DNA of 62,807 nucleotides from an uncultured virus (IMG/VR IMGVR_UViG_3300027732_000008) (lineage: Duplodnaviria > Heunggongvirae > Uroviricota > Caudoviricetes). The stretch lies in IMG/VR virus record IMGVR_UViG_3300027732_000008, one strand, 5' to 3'. Under the pieces are notes generated by a model. It was not told the DNA's origin. It searched no databases and saw only the letters and a list, made by a program, of their open reading frames with translations. The position numbers and the translations under genes were made by a program. Shown here piece after piece: positions 17,365 to 28,400 of the stretch; the first letter of the stretch is position 1, and every line of letters starts with the position of its first letter.

Positions 17365-19622
17365 TGGCAACCCGCCCAGGATTCGTTTCAAATGCCGGTG
17401 GCGCCGCATTCGGCAACCCAAACATCACAGCACAAGGACAGCGAGCAGGAGCCACACAGGCAATTCCTGCGCCAAGTGGTGCTGGTGCTGGCAGAGGAGG
17501 CCAAGGTGGCCCAACAGCCGCGCAGTTGGCATCAGTTGGCAACTCGACTCCACCATCTACTCCTTCCACAGGACCAAACACAAAGCCAACTTATAATGAT
17601 GACATAGGATTACCTGACACACATTATAATCCTTTGCAGAATTATAGGAATATGACCTATAACACTAGATTGACAATGATGCCACTGGCAGAGACCACAC
17701 TGACTAGACTAGAACGATCGTATGACTATAAAAATGGCATTGTAATGTGGGAAACAGGTGGTGCCGGATCTGTATTCCTAGAAGAACTACAAATAGCAGT
17801 AGCAGGAACAAAAAATGCCACGGGCAATTACTACACACAACAGCCAACCAGCATCTCTGGTAAAATAGTAGAACCAGTGGGTGGTAGACTAATTGAGTCT
17901 CTTAGCCTATCTGCAATGAATTTAGGATATTCCACCAATGGTATAGCAATATATTTGCTTGAAGTATGGTTTACAGGATACAATACTGATTCAGACATGC
18001 CAGAAGTTTGTAAAGGCTGGGAAGGCGAAGAACTAATTTTTCGTTGGTACATTCGCCTGGATGAGTTACATATGAAACTGGACTATAAAGGTGCAACATA
18101 TGATTTCAAAGCTGTGCCAAATGATGGCGCCGCAGTTTTGAATGATCACTATACATTAGAAGACGGTTTCAGAATGACTGACGGCCCCAATACAATTACA
18201 CAATTTTGTACATTTCTTGCAAAGGCGCTGAACGACAGAGAAGCAGAAAAAGTAAAAAGCGGACTTCGTTGTATTCCACACAAGTATGTGATCTCTGCAC
18301 ACAAAGACATTACAAACTTAACATTTTCTTATAGTCTATGGCAGAACGTCACTTCTCTTTGGGGTATGATACCCGGAGAAATACAAGGTACACCAGGACA
18401 AACAATACAGCAATTCATTACCAATTCAATGCCAAACAGTCCTAACTTATTAAAGTTTCTACATCGTGTTACTGATGGAAAGAAAGAGTACAATGCAACT
18501 GACACCAATCCAGCTTCAATTCATTTGCCAATGAAGACCCTGGCAATTATTCCAGGATGTAAAGACATTGCGTATGACGAAAAGCTAGGGCATAGTGCCA
18601 AAGAGGTGCATTACTTTTTAACAACTAGAGAAGATGCAACCGCAGTGGTCAGTCCACAGGAATACAAGGATTCTGAAGATCCTAAGAACAGGGACAAACG
18701 AGTTGACAACTGGATTAAAAAAGGTCTGCTGAGAAAAGTTTATAAGTGGATTTATACAGGTGAAAACATTGAAGTTATCAATACTGAAATTAAAATTGAC
18801 AACATGTGGAGAAGTGTTCGTCCATTATGGATTGACAAAGATGGAAAACCAATTCAAGGTACTGCCGCAACTTCAATACCAGGCAAGCAGTCAGCTGGTA
18901 AAAGCAGTTCAAAGACTGTAACCTGCGCCGCGGCACAAACAGTACAAAAGCCACCGGCAACAAAGGCAACAAGTTACATGGAAGATCTGCTCTATCGACC
19001 AACTGCACCACGAGAAGGTTGGCACCCAACGCAAGCACAGTGGTATCATATGAATACCACAGTACAACAAGGTTCTAACCAAGGTGCGTTATCTGTGGAA
19101 AATGCACAGGAGTACAGTATCTACCGGCAAGTGGCCAATGGCATGAGCGGTGGCGGCGAATTAGTTAAATTAGACCTAGAGGTAGTTGGAGATCCTTATT
19201 GGTTGATGCAAATACCCGGAACGCCAGGTAAGCCGCAACCATGGGAAGATGATGTTTGGGAATACGAAAAGGAACAATTGACAGAAGAGAAGATGGCTGA
19301 AAAGCGTAAATCTGCAAGTACACATACATGGCTAGGAGCATTTTACTTTGAGGCACAAGTGCCCAGTGCAGACAATGGCCCCGATGACACAATGGCCTTG
19401 CGTAAGAGTGATGCCATAACTGGAATATATTGGCCCTATACAATTGTAAATAGATTTCAGAAGGGAAAGTTTACAACAAAATTGACAGCAAATAGAGATG
19501 TATTGGCAAATCCATGGAAAAAAGATGTTGCCACAAGTAAACCCAATGATACCAAAACCGGTAAAGGTTCTGCCACCAGTGCCGGACCAACAACCGCTGC
19601 CACGCCAGGCGGCAGACCATGA
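17364..19622 (+). CDS. Baseplate hub protein (gp27/gpD-like)
   Basis: C-terminal LEVVGDPYWL...GIY..IVNRFQKGKFTTKL; located between the gp53-like and gp5-like genes. Confidence 0.6.
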   Translation: MATRPGFVSNAGGAAFGNPNITAQGQRAGATQAIPAPSGAGAGRGGQGGPTAAQLASVGNSTPPSTPSTGPNTKPTYNDDIGLPDTHYNPLQNYRNMTYNTRLTMMPLAETTLTRLERSYDYKNGIVMWETGGAGSVFLEELQIAVAGTKNATGNYYTQQPTSISGKIVEPVGGRLIESLSLSAMNLGYSTNGIAIYLLEVWFTGYNTDSDMPEVCKGWEGEELIFRWYIRLDELHMKLDYKGATYDFKAVPNDGAAVLNDHYTLEDGFRMTDGPNTITQFCTFLAKALNDREAEKVKSGLRCIPHKYVISAHKDITNLTFSYSLWQNVTSLWGMIPGEIQGTPGQTIQQFITNSMPNSPNLLKFLHRVTDGKKEYNATDTNPASIHLPMKTLAIIPGCKDIAYDEKLGHSAKEVHYFLTTREDATAVVSPQEYKDSEDPKNRDKRVDNWIKKGLLRKVYKWIYTGENIEVINTEIKIDNMWRSVRPLWIDKDGKPIQGTAATSIPGKQSAGKSSSKTVTCAAAQTVQKPPATKATSYMEDLLYRPTAPREGWHPTQAQWYHMNTTVQQGSNQGALSVENAQEYSIYRQVANGMSGGGELVKLDLEVVGDPYWLMQIPGTPGKPQPWEDDVWEYEKEQLTEEKMAEKRKSASTHTWLGAFYFEAQVPSADNGPDDTMALRKSDAITGIYWPYTIVNRFQKGKFTTKLTANRDVLANPWKKDVATSKPNDTKTGKGSATSAGPTTAATPGGRP

Positions 19623-19634
19623 TAAAGACAAAAC

Positions 19635-21779
19635 ATGAAAGCAACTAACCAAGGAGGCCAAGCACAACATCATTCAGCAGGTGGTGGTGGTGGCGCAAAA
19701 AACTTTGGCATCTACATCGGCAAGGTAAAAGATGCATCAGACAAAGAAGGCCTAGGAAGATTGCGTGTATGGATTTCTCAACTGAGCAGTACCGCAGAAA
19801 GCAATGAAAAAGGTTGGTTCACAGTAAGATATTGTCCTCCATTTGCCGGCGGCAGTAATACTCCAACAGAATCAAAATCAACCAGCGCAACAGAATTTGC
19901 TCAGACCAGTCAGAGCTATGGAATGTGGATGGTACCACCGCATCCAGATGTACAAGTAATTTGCGGATTTATCAACGGAGAGTTGCATCAAGGCATATGG
20001 TGGGCTTGCTTGCCATTTGATTCACATACTCATGCATTGCCTGGCATTGCATCTGGCCTAACACATAAAAATGAAATCAAACCCCTGGCTGAGAGAAACA
20101 GATATAACAAAGCTGATCCAAACGAAGAACGACGACCCAAGCATCCAAAGTCTGCACAAATTAATGTGCAAGGACTGGGCAACGATCTAAGAAGAGGCCA
20201 CAACAATGCAAGTCCTTTTAGAGCCAAGGGCAAACATCCAGGATATGCCTACGGCTTTTTAACGCCTGGACAAAATAATCTATTGTTGGACGATGGTGCA
20301 GATGGCAACGGTGGCAAGATACAATTTAGAACCCGCAAAGGAAATCAAATTCTATTGGATGCTGAAGAAGGATTTATTTACTTCAGTAATGCGTCAGGAA
20401 CTGCCTGGGTAGAAATCGAAGACACTGGCAATATTGACATGTACTGTTCTAAAAATTTCAGTGTTCACGCAGGAGAAAATATTAATTTTCATGCCAACCT
20501 GGACATCAACATCAATGCCGGCGCAGGGCTAAACCTAAGCGCCACCAAAAATGCAGTGGTAGAAGCATGTGAAGAATTTAACATAACTGGAACCACCAAT
20601 GTAAAAATTACATCAGCGGCCAATGTGCATATACTTGCTGACAGTCAAATGAGATTGAGTGCAAACCGCATTGACTTGAATGGACCTGTTGCAGACAGAG
20701 CAACATTGCCAAGTCAGAACAGTTTAATTACCAACAGTGAAGTTGGTAAAAGCGTTTCTGTTCGAGTACCTGAAGCAGAACCATATGGCGGCCATTCACA
20801 CAAGGGTGGCGAACAACCAACTGCTGGAGATGTGCCGTCACCAGCAATTGTTCCAACACCAGAAAGTTATAAAGATATTCCACCAGCTACAAAATCAGAT
20901 GCCATTGATTGTGTGCCAGACATAACAGAATATAGAATCAGCGAAGAAGCATTTAATGCAAATCTTTCCAGAGAAGCCTATAGAGGCATGCAATACTCAG
21001 ACTATCTTGGTTATAGTGTTGGCTACGGAACACGAGTAGACATTTGGGGTCCAGGAAATCCTGCCAGCAAATTAGATCCAAACATCAAGCAAGCTCTTAA
21101 AGATGGCCCAAGCGAAGCAGAAGCCAGAACAGCGGCACGGCAGATCATGGACAGACACATTAGTCCACCATTGGGAGCTCGACTTAAAAAAGCCATCGCT
21201 GGCGCCGGCAAACCAGTGTGTGTCACACAATCACAAGTGGATGCACTACATATGGCGGCATTTGGAAATCCATCAGCGGCATACGAAATGGCAGACCAAC
21301 TGGTTGCATCAGGAGCGGCAGCTTCAGATGGCAAGCCAACCAGAGAAGATATTGCTAAAATTTGGGCCAATGGTAAATTTAGCAATTCTGCTGAAGTCAA
21401 AAGCAAAGAAGCACAATTTGCAATGACTGGCGAGATAGAAGTAAAGAAAACTCAGCAAGATTTACTAAGCGAGGGTGTGAAATCAGACGAAGCCGCTGTA
21501 AGAAATAACAAAGCCAGAAACCCAGACGGAAAATGGGACAGTGAAGATGGTGGTGGACCAGCAGGCGGCAAACGACTGCAACCAGATTTAACAAAGCCAA
21601 CTGCCCAACAACAAGCTCAATATGAAAGAAGCAACTATCTCAACACTGGAAATGTACCTCCGGGCAGTAGATTAACCAAAGAACAACTGCAAGACAAGTA
21701 CGGATCTCCACACACTGGCGGCAATGCTGTGGCAGGAACGCCAACACAACCAGAAGCTAAAAAAACAGCCACCGGTTGA
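19635..21779 (+). CDS. Baseplate central spike, gp5/VgrG-like, with a C-terminal lysozyme-like domain
   Basis: OB-fold GKVKDASDKEGLGRLRVWI and SYGMWMVPP; beta-helix repeats; REA..YSD..GYSVGYG and TQSQVDAL, resembling a GH24 lysozyme. Confidence 0.8.
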   Translation: MKATNQGGQAQHHSAGGGGGAKNFGIYIGKVKDASDKEGLGRLRVWISQLSSTAESNEKGWFTVRYCPPFAGGSNTPTESKSTSATEFAQTSQSYGMWMVPPHPDVQVICGFINGELHQGIWWACLPFDSHTHALPGIASGLTHKNEIKPLAERNRYNKADPNEERRPKHPKSAQINVQGLGNDLRRGHNNASPFRAKGKHPGYAYGFLTPGQNNLLLDDGADGNGGKIQFRTRKGNQILLDAEEGFIYFSNASGTAWVEIEDTGNIDMYCSKNFSVHAGENINFHANLDININAGAGLNLSATKNAVVEACEEFNITGTTNVKITSAANVHILADSQMRLSANRIDLNGPVADRATLPSQNSLITNSEVGKSVSVRVPEAEPYGGHSHKGGEQPTAGDVPSPAIVPTPESYKDIPPATKSDAIDCVPDITEYRISEEAFNANLSREAYRGMQYSDYLGYSVGYGTRVDIWGPGNPASKLDPNIKQALKDGPSEAEARTAARQIMDRHISPPLGARLKKAIAGAGKPVCVTQSQVDALHMAAFGNPSAAYEMADQLVASGAAASDGKPTREDIAKIWANGKFSNSAEVKSKEAQFAMTGEIEVKKTQQDLLSEGVKSDEAAVRNNKARNPDGKWDSEDGGGPAGGKRLQPDLTKPTAQQQAQYERSNYLNTGNVPPGSRLTKEQLQDKYGSPHTGGNAVAGTPTQPEAKKTATG

Positions 21780-21804
21780 TAAAACCCAGTATAATACATA
21801 TTGG

Positions 21805-21810
21805 TAAATA
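21805..21810 (+). promoter_or_regulatory. Late promoter TAAATA, 5 nt before ATG
   Basis: GTAAATA-GGCTT-ATG (21816). Confidence 0.65.
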
Positions 21811-21815
21811 GGCTT

Positions 21816-22196
21816 ATGCCAACATTTACATCAAGATTTCGCGGGTACAGCACAGTAGGAACTACTTTTTTAAAGCCAGTTCGTTACGACATGGACTTGG
21901 CCAAACAAGACTTATTAAACCATTTTAACACCCGCAAAGGCGAGCGTGTTATGATGCCAACCTTTGGAAGTATTGTATGGGAAATGTTGTTTGAGCCCTT
22001 GGATGATGCAACAATTGCTCTCATCGAGGCTGATGTCAGATCTATTATTAGCAATGACCCTCGTTGGGCGTTGGAGAGCGTGACAGTCAGTGATGGACCA
22101 AATGCTTTAACCTTAGAGGTTATAGTAACCTATCGTCCGTCTGATGAAACAGTTACATTGCCCTTAACATACGATAAAGGAACGGAAACAAAATGA
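21816..22196 (+). CDS. gp25: Baseplate wedge protein, gp25-like
   Basis: DLLNHFNTRKGERVMMPTFGSIVWEMLFEPLD...DPR; start re-assigned to ATG 21816. Confidence 0.9.
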   Translation: MPTFTSRFRGYSTVGTTFLKPVRYDMDLAKQDLLNHFNTRKGERVMMPTFGSIVWEMLFEPLDDATIALIEADVRSIISNDPRWALESVTVSDGPNALTLEVIVTYRPSDETVTLPLTYDKGTETK

Positions 22197-25100
22197 GCCA
22201 GACTCGACGCCTTGGACAACTAAATGCCGCAGAGAGTTGGCTGAACAACTATAGGTATTTGGTCAATGCAGATTTTAAAGCCTACGACTTTGAAAGTCTT
22301 CGCGCCGCATTGTTAAATCACATACAAACAAACTACCCAGAAGACTTCACTGACTTTATTAACTCCAGCGAGTATGTTGCACTGATTGACTTGATGTCAT
22401 ATATTGGACAAAATTTAGCTTTCAGAAGTGATTTAAATTTAAGAGAAACTTTTTTAGAGACTGCTGAAAATCGCGGCAATATTTTAAGCATTGCCAGACA
22501 GTTGGGATACAAGCCGTTTCGTAATTTTAACGCCGGCGGCTTTCTTCGCATCTCTGCAATAAAAACAAGTCAAGATTTATATGACAGCAAAGGTGCAAAC
22601 CTTGCAAATACAACTGTGGTGTGGGCTGATCCGTTGAATCCTGACTTTAACGAACAGACCAGTATCATCCTCAATGAGGCATTTAATAAAGCTACTCCAA
22701 TTGGTCGTCCAGTTAGTTCGGCAATTACCAATGGCATTTCTAGAGAGCTGTATCAAATTTCACAATCGCAAAATAGAACAATGGTAGAGGCATTCAATCT
22801 CAACGGTCGCAATAGTACAAATTACAACTGCGAAATTGTACCAATGGTCATTGATGCAACCACACAGTTGGCCCTAGAATCGACTCCTAATCCTTATGGT
22901 TACATGACAATGTTGTTTAACAATGACGGAACTGGTTATGCAAATTCAACCAATGGTTGGTTCCTGTTATTCAAACAAGGCACACTCTCATATGAAGATC
23001 ATGTATTAGAAACCAGTATTCAAAACCGCGTGATTGATGTTGACGCCACCGGCATCAATGAAAGCGATGTATGGGTACAAAGTGTTGACGGCTCTGGTCG
23101 AATCATTGACAGCTGGACTAAAGTTCCAAGTACCGTTGGTAAAAATATTGCATTCAATGCAATCAATAAAGACACTAGAAAGATCTACGAAGTAATCACA
23201 AAAGAAAACGACACAATCAGTATCAAATTTGGTGATGGCACATTTGCAGATATTCCCACAGGAAATATTAGAATTTGGTATAGGCAAAGTGCAATGGAAC
23301 AAATTTCGTTTGTGCCATCTGATGTACTTGGCATGCAAGCCGCGCTGAGATATGTTGACAGTGAAGGAAAAGAACAAGACTTAGTTTGCACATTGCAATT
23401 GTCAGAACCAATAAACAATTCACTGAGCGAAACAATAACACAGATTAAAAATCGTGCGGCCAGAACAGCGGCCAGTCAAGATCGCATGATCACAGCCAGC
23501 GACTACAACATATATCCAGAAGGCCAGATTGGCGGTGTCGACAAGATCTTGTCAATCAGCAGAACCTTTGCTGGTCAAAGCATTTATGCTGACACACAAG
23601 ATCCAACAGCAACTTATCGTCCAGTGATCACATTGGCCAGCGACGGTTTCATTTACTCATCTGAAAATACAGTTGAAACAACATTACAAGATAGTTCCAC
23701 AACCGATGAAGTTTTAAGTTGGGTACAAGAATCATTGTTGAGCCGAAGCACACATCAGTTATACTATAAAAAGTATCTGTATGATGATGCCAGTGGTCTT
23801 TTACGAATTGGCAGCGACTCTTCATTGGTCTGGCACAAAGTTGACTATGCCAATGGAATAACACACGGATACTTTTATGATGTGGCAGACGCAGATAAGA
23901 AACCAGTGCGAGTAGGAAAAGGAACTGCAATACTAGAGAATCGAACACTAAAGAAAAATTCTCTAATCAAATTCTCATCTGACAAATGGGCAAAAATATT
24001 AGACATCTACAGAGAAGGTTTTGGGGTAGGTGACAATGACGGAAACAATACAGGACTCCGTGCCAATGGGCAAGGCGCTGTATTTGTCAATGGCACCATA
24101 GCCGACGGACAGTTGTTTGGATGGATTCCAAGCATGCGAACATTGTTTAACATCAACGAACTGTCTGAAATAGAAGAAAAAATCAAGGCCAAACAAAACT
24201 TTGGTTTGTATTACGATAACATTAAAGATCGATGGTTTGTTGTGTCAGCTGACTTGATCAATGATATCACAGGGCAAGGTCTTGATCTAACAACAGCAGG
24301 CACAGCAACCTTCAGAGGCAACAGTAGCTGGATGATTCGATTGGTACATAATCCTCTGACAAAAGTTTGGGCCAGTGTATTAAGAAGAGATCAAACAGCG
24401 TTTGGCAGTGACAGTGAATTGTCCTTTCATAATCAACGGTTTGGCAGTGCATTAGATCAAACAACTCGTCGTGTTATTAAAGATTCTGTTAAGTTTTTAA
24501 ATGTCAATGTTGGTTTAATCAATGAGCTAGAATTAGATGTGGTTGACTACTTTAGACTAGATGATGGTCGTTACGATCCAAAAAGAGTGCAGGTATTGTT
24601 GCCAGGACTACTAGATACATTGGTTCCAGATGATCCAACAATCATTGATTCAATTATCAACACAGGTACAAACAACACCAGTGATCACATTGTGAATTTA
24701 GTAAAACAAGAATTTACTGATGCCAGAGGACAGTACACACTGAAACCAACAGCTTCTGTCACAGTACCAGGCGACCTAAATGGAGTCAGTGGTAGACAAG
24801 ATTTAAAAGTTCAGTACAATCATGTTCCTCTAAGAGACAACAGAGTTGATCCAACAACTACCAACATCATTGATATGTTTGTGTTGACAACTGATTTTAA
24901 TCAAGCATTTAGATTTTGGGTAAACAACGGAGCCGCATCAGGTCTTCGTCCAATGCCATTGTCCAGCTACAGCTTGGAACAATTGATGCAACCTATTATT
25001 CCTTACAAAAGCATCAGCGACAGCATTGTTTTCCATCCAGTTGACTACAAAGTAATTTTTGGAGTTGGATCTGATGCTCGATATCAAGTGACAATTCGTG

Positions 25101-25414
25101 TCACCAAGAGTGACGGCACAAAAGTCAGCGATGCTGAAATTAGGAGTAGAGTCGTTGCAAGTGTCAATGCCTACTTTAACTTTAGTAATTGGGATTTTGG
25201 CGAAACTTTTTATTTTACTGACATGGCTTCGTGGGTACACAAGCAGTTGGGCGGCGTAATCAGCAGTATTGTTCTAGTGCCGTTGCAAAGTAATCTAACA
25301 CCAAATGATCTATTTCAAATTAAATGTGAGCAGAATGAAATTTTCATTAGTAGCGCAACTGTGAACAATGTAGAAATTATTTCTAGTCAAGTTTCACCAA
25401 CCGGAATCATGTAA
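22193..25414 (+). CDS. Baseplate wedge protein, gp6-like
   Basis: Motifs YDFESLR, DFINSSE, ETFLETAE.R.NILSIARQLGY, IKFGDG.F..IP.G and QDRMITASDY. Confidence 0.85.
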   Translation: MSQTRRLGQLNAAESWLNNYRYLVNADFKAYDFESLRAALLNHIQTNYPEDFTDFINSSEYVALIDLMSYIGQNLAFRSDLNLRETFLETAENRGNILSIARQLGYKPFRNFNAGGFLRISAIKTSQDLYDSKGANLANTTVVWADPLNPDFNEQTSIILNEAFNKATPIGRPVSSAITNGISRELYQISQSQNRTMVEAFNLNGRNSTNYNCEIVPMVIDATTQLALESTPNPYGYMTMLFNNDGTGYANSTNGWFLLFKQGTLSYEDHVLETSIQNRVIDVDATGINESDVWVQSVDGSGRIIDSWTKVPSTVGKNIAFNAINKDTRKIYEVITKENDTISIKFGDGTFADIPTGNIRIWYRQSAMEQISFVPSDVLGMQAALRYVDSEGKEQDLVCTLQLSEPINNSLSETITQIKNRAARTAASQDRMITASDYNIYPEGQIGGVDKILSISRTFAGQSIYADTQDPTATYRPVITLASDGFIYSSENTVETTLQDSSTTDEVLSWVQESLLSRSTHQLYYKKYLYDDASGLLRIGSDSSLVWHKVDYANGITHGYFYDVADADKKPVRVGKGTAILENRTLKKNSLIKFSSDKWAKILDIYREGFGVGDNDGNNTGLRANGQGAVFVNGTIADGQLFGWIPSMRTLFNINELSEIEEKIKAKQNFGLYYDNIKDRWFVVSADLINDITGQGLDLTTAGTATFRGNSSWMIRLVHNPLTKVWASVLRRDQTAFGSDSELSFHNQRFGSALDQTTRRVIKDSVKFLNVNVGLINELELDVVDYFRLDDGRYDPKRVQVLLPGLLDTLVPDDPTIIDSIINTGTNNTSDHIVNLVKQEFTDARGQYTLKPTASVTVPGDLNGVSGRQDLKVQYNHVPLRDNRVDPTTTNIIDMFVLTTDFNQAFRFWVNNGAASGLRPMPLSSYSLEQLMQPIIPYKSISDSIVFHPVDYKVIFGVGSDARYQVTIRVTKSDGTKVSDAEIRSRVVASVNAYFNFSNWDFGETFYFTDMASWVHKQLGGVISSIVLVPLQSNLTPNDLFQIKCEQNEIFISSATVNNVEIISSQVSPTGIM

Positions 25415-25416
25415 AA

Positions 25417-28400
25417 ATGGCGCAAGACCCAACAAAAATTAATCCAGTTAGCACATCTGTTAAAACCTATCCAGGCGAACGCTTGGATGAGTTGGCATTG
25501 CCAACGGTACCAGAATTACTTCCAAGTATATTCAGGACAGATACCAATAAAAAATTAATTGCGGCAGTAATGGAAGACATGTTCCAGCCGCATGCCATGG
25601 AAGATTTGAATTACTCCGTTGGCAGGCGCACAACAAAGTCGTTGGTCAATGACTACTTGCCGCATCCAACAGCAAAAAGACAACTGGAGCCAGGACTTTT
25701 AGTTTACCGTGCGGATAACTCTCCAGCAACATTGAGCGCAGATGAAGTGGCGCATGGCTGGGGATTAAACGACAGGACCAAAGAAACAACAGTTCCAGTT
25801 AGTATCTTAGATTTACCAATTGATCCGGACAAATTTATCAATTGGCCAGACTATTATTGGATACAGGAAGGAATGCCTGTGATCTTCATCACTGGAACCG
25901 AAACAGAAACTTTTGACATTCAAAATGACATTCTAGGAAAGCCAGCGTACACCACAGTTTTACAACGAAGCGGCAAACGCCTTGAACTGAAAAATGGAAT
26001 GCGGGTTGTATTCAACAATGTTCCGTCAGCCGAAGCTACCTTTAATAAACCAGCAAGAATTGGTACTGTACCAATACTATCTAATTTTGTAATCGACACA
26101 GTAACAAATGGAAAATCAAGTCTTGACATAGAATGTGACTTTGTTGCCTATGACCGAAGTAAAATTATTGTCACAGTTGATGGCATTGTAAAAACTTTTA
26201 AAGTTGATTATGATGTAATTGCAAATACCATACATTGGAATGGAACTGTTCCAAGCGTAGACTTACCAGTGAATTTAAACTGCGTTGAGTATTTTTTAAC
26301 AACTGATGAAGATTCAAACAAGGCCAGTCGACGATGGCAAATTGCCGGAGTAGGAACAGCCGGCGGCATTCGCTTGTTGTCTAGAACACACCAATACACC
26401 AACACAAGGTACAGTAAGGCAATTCAAACTCTATGGGATAAAACAGCAGTACCATGGGATAGTGTTGAGTGGGACGGCGCAATCAAAGGTATCAATGAAA
26501 AACATTATATCTTAGAAAAAGTTGGAGCACGAACTCGAAATACAAATAGCAGGGTTAATGTATGGTATCATAAAGACACCATACAAACTACTGCTGACTA
26601 TCTCAACATCAATTTCAATGATATTGTTACATCTTCTGGCTCAAACACAAATGCATTACCAGCACAAGCATTAAGACCCATTGTTGAATTTGATGACACA
26701 TTGGAATTGTTCAACCATGGAATCTTTTTTAGAGCATGGCCAAATTTAGTCACATCAATAGATGGTGTTGCTGTATCCGATTTCATCAATTTGCCAATTG
26801 TAGATCTAGATTTAGAAATTCTAAATTCAAAATACATAAGCACAACTCGAAAGTTACAAATAGAACCCGATATAATTGTTCGGGCACTGTCACAGGGCAA
26901 TAACATACAAACTGCTCTCAACCGGTCTAGTTTTACAATACAAGAGTTTGATGAATTATTAAACACAGTGAGTCAGAAAATTCTTTATGAAGTTGCCAAT
27001 GGAAAAATTATTTGGTTGAAGAACCAACCAGAACATTGGAGCATTACATACCGCATCTCCGGAGTACCAGTTGATAAATTAAGAATTTTATGGTTAGTCA
27101 ACGACATCTATAAAAACAAAATTATAAATGTTTTATCAAACGAAACTGTTACAAATGGATTCGTGCCTGAAACAGCCAGGAATAGAGATGCAGTATTAAT
27201 TGATACTCCTTACAGCACAGACGCAAATTACCTGTTGGAGTATCATTGGGTCAACGGTCAAGCAATTCTGGCACAAACCAGACTTTCTCGTACACAGCAA
27301 CCATTGTTTGAATTGTATGATTCAACAAATGTCAAACTGAGTAACAATCCAAATAATCCAGATATTAAAAGTTCTGCAATTATTGAAATTGTCAATGGTG
27401 ACAAATACGATGCAGAATCTGGATATAACTTAAAATTTTTACCTTCACAATTCAGTGAGTTGACAGCTGACAATACTGCATCAGATGCAATGTATGATAT
27501 CGTATATAATCATACATTACAAAATTTTGCATACTACAATCAAGGCACTGCCTCTAAAACAGTCAGCGGTCCATATCAATTCAGACGGGTGACTGATAAC
27601 ACTCCGTTGATCAATCAACTCAGCATTGGTTACAGCAGAGCATGGTTCCGTTTAAAGAGTTGGGCAATTAGAACAGTTGCCGACTTTGATAATTCAACAG
27701 TTGAATTGGACGCCACAATGTGGCCCAAGTATGACTGGGGCATTAAAGTAATAAACAATACTTTACGAGCAGTTTACCTAGACAACTTTAGTATTGTTGC
27801 CAAAAACTTGCCAAGGATTGCCGCTGGTGAATCTGCCAACTTTACAGTTTTCGTAGATGGTAATCCAAGCGTGGCAACAATCAGCGGCGTTGATATGACC
27901 AGCTTTGATGTTGATATTGTTAATAATTATTTTACATTTGTAGTTCCAGCTGATGCACCATCAAAGTTAACCATCACCATTGACGGAAAATCAATACAAG
28001 CAAAAGTCATTGATGTAAAACAAGATCCAAGAAATGTAAAAGTAAAATTAAACGGCTTGCCTGTAGACTACAGCTTCACAGTGGTACGAGATTCATCATG
28101 GGCCATTACATCGGTGCAACTACAGGCCGACGGCCAAGGCACCCTTGAAATTCAACATCAAGGCGACCATGCTGACAATGACCATATCACTGCAATTCCA
28201 GGGCTGGTATTCAATCCTGAACAAAACATCAACTTAGGAGAATTTACTCCAAGTCGTTTGGTGCATAATATGACATCAAGCATTAATGCCAACAAACGAT
28301 CAGACAGTCAAAGTTGGAATTCAGTAGACTATGTGTTTGACGCTGATGGTGCAATAATGGCAGATAACAGTAGCATGCGAAGTGCATGGACCAGCTTCCG

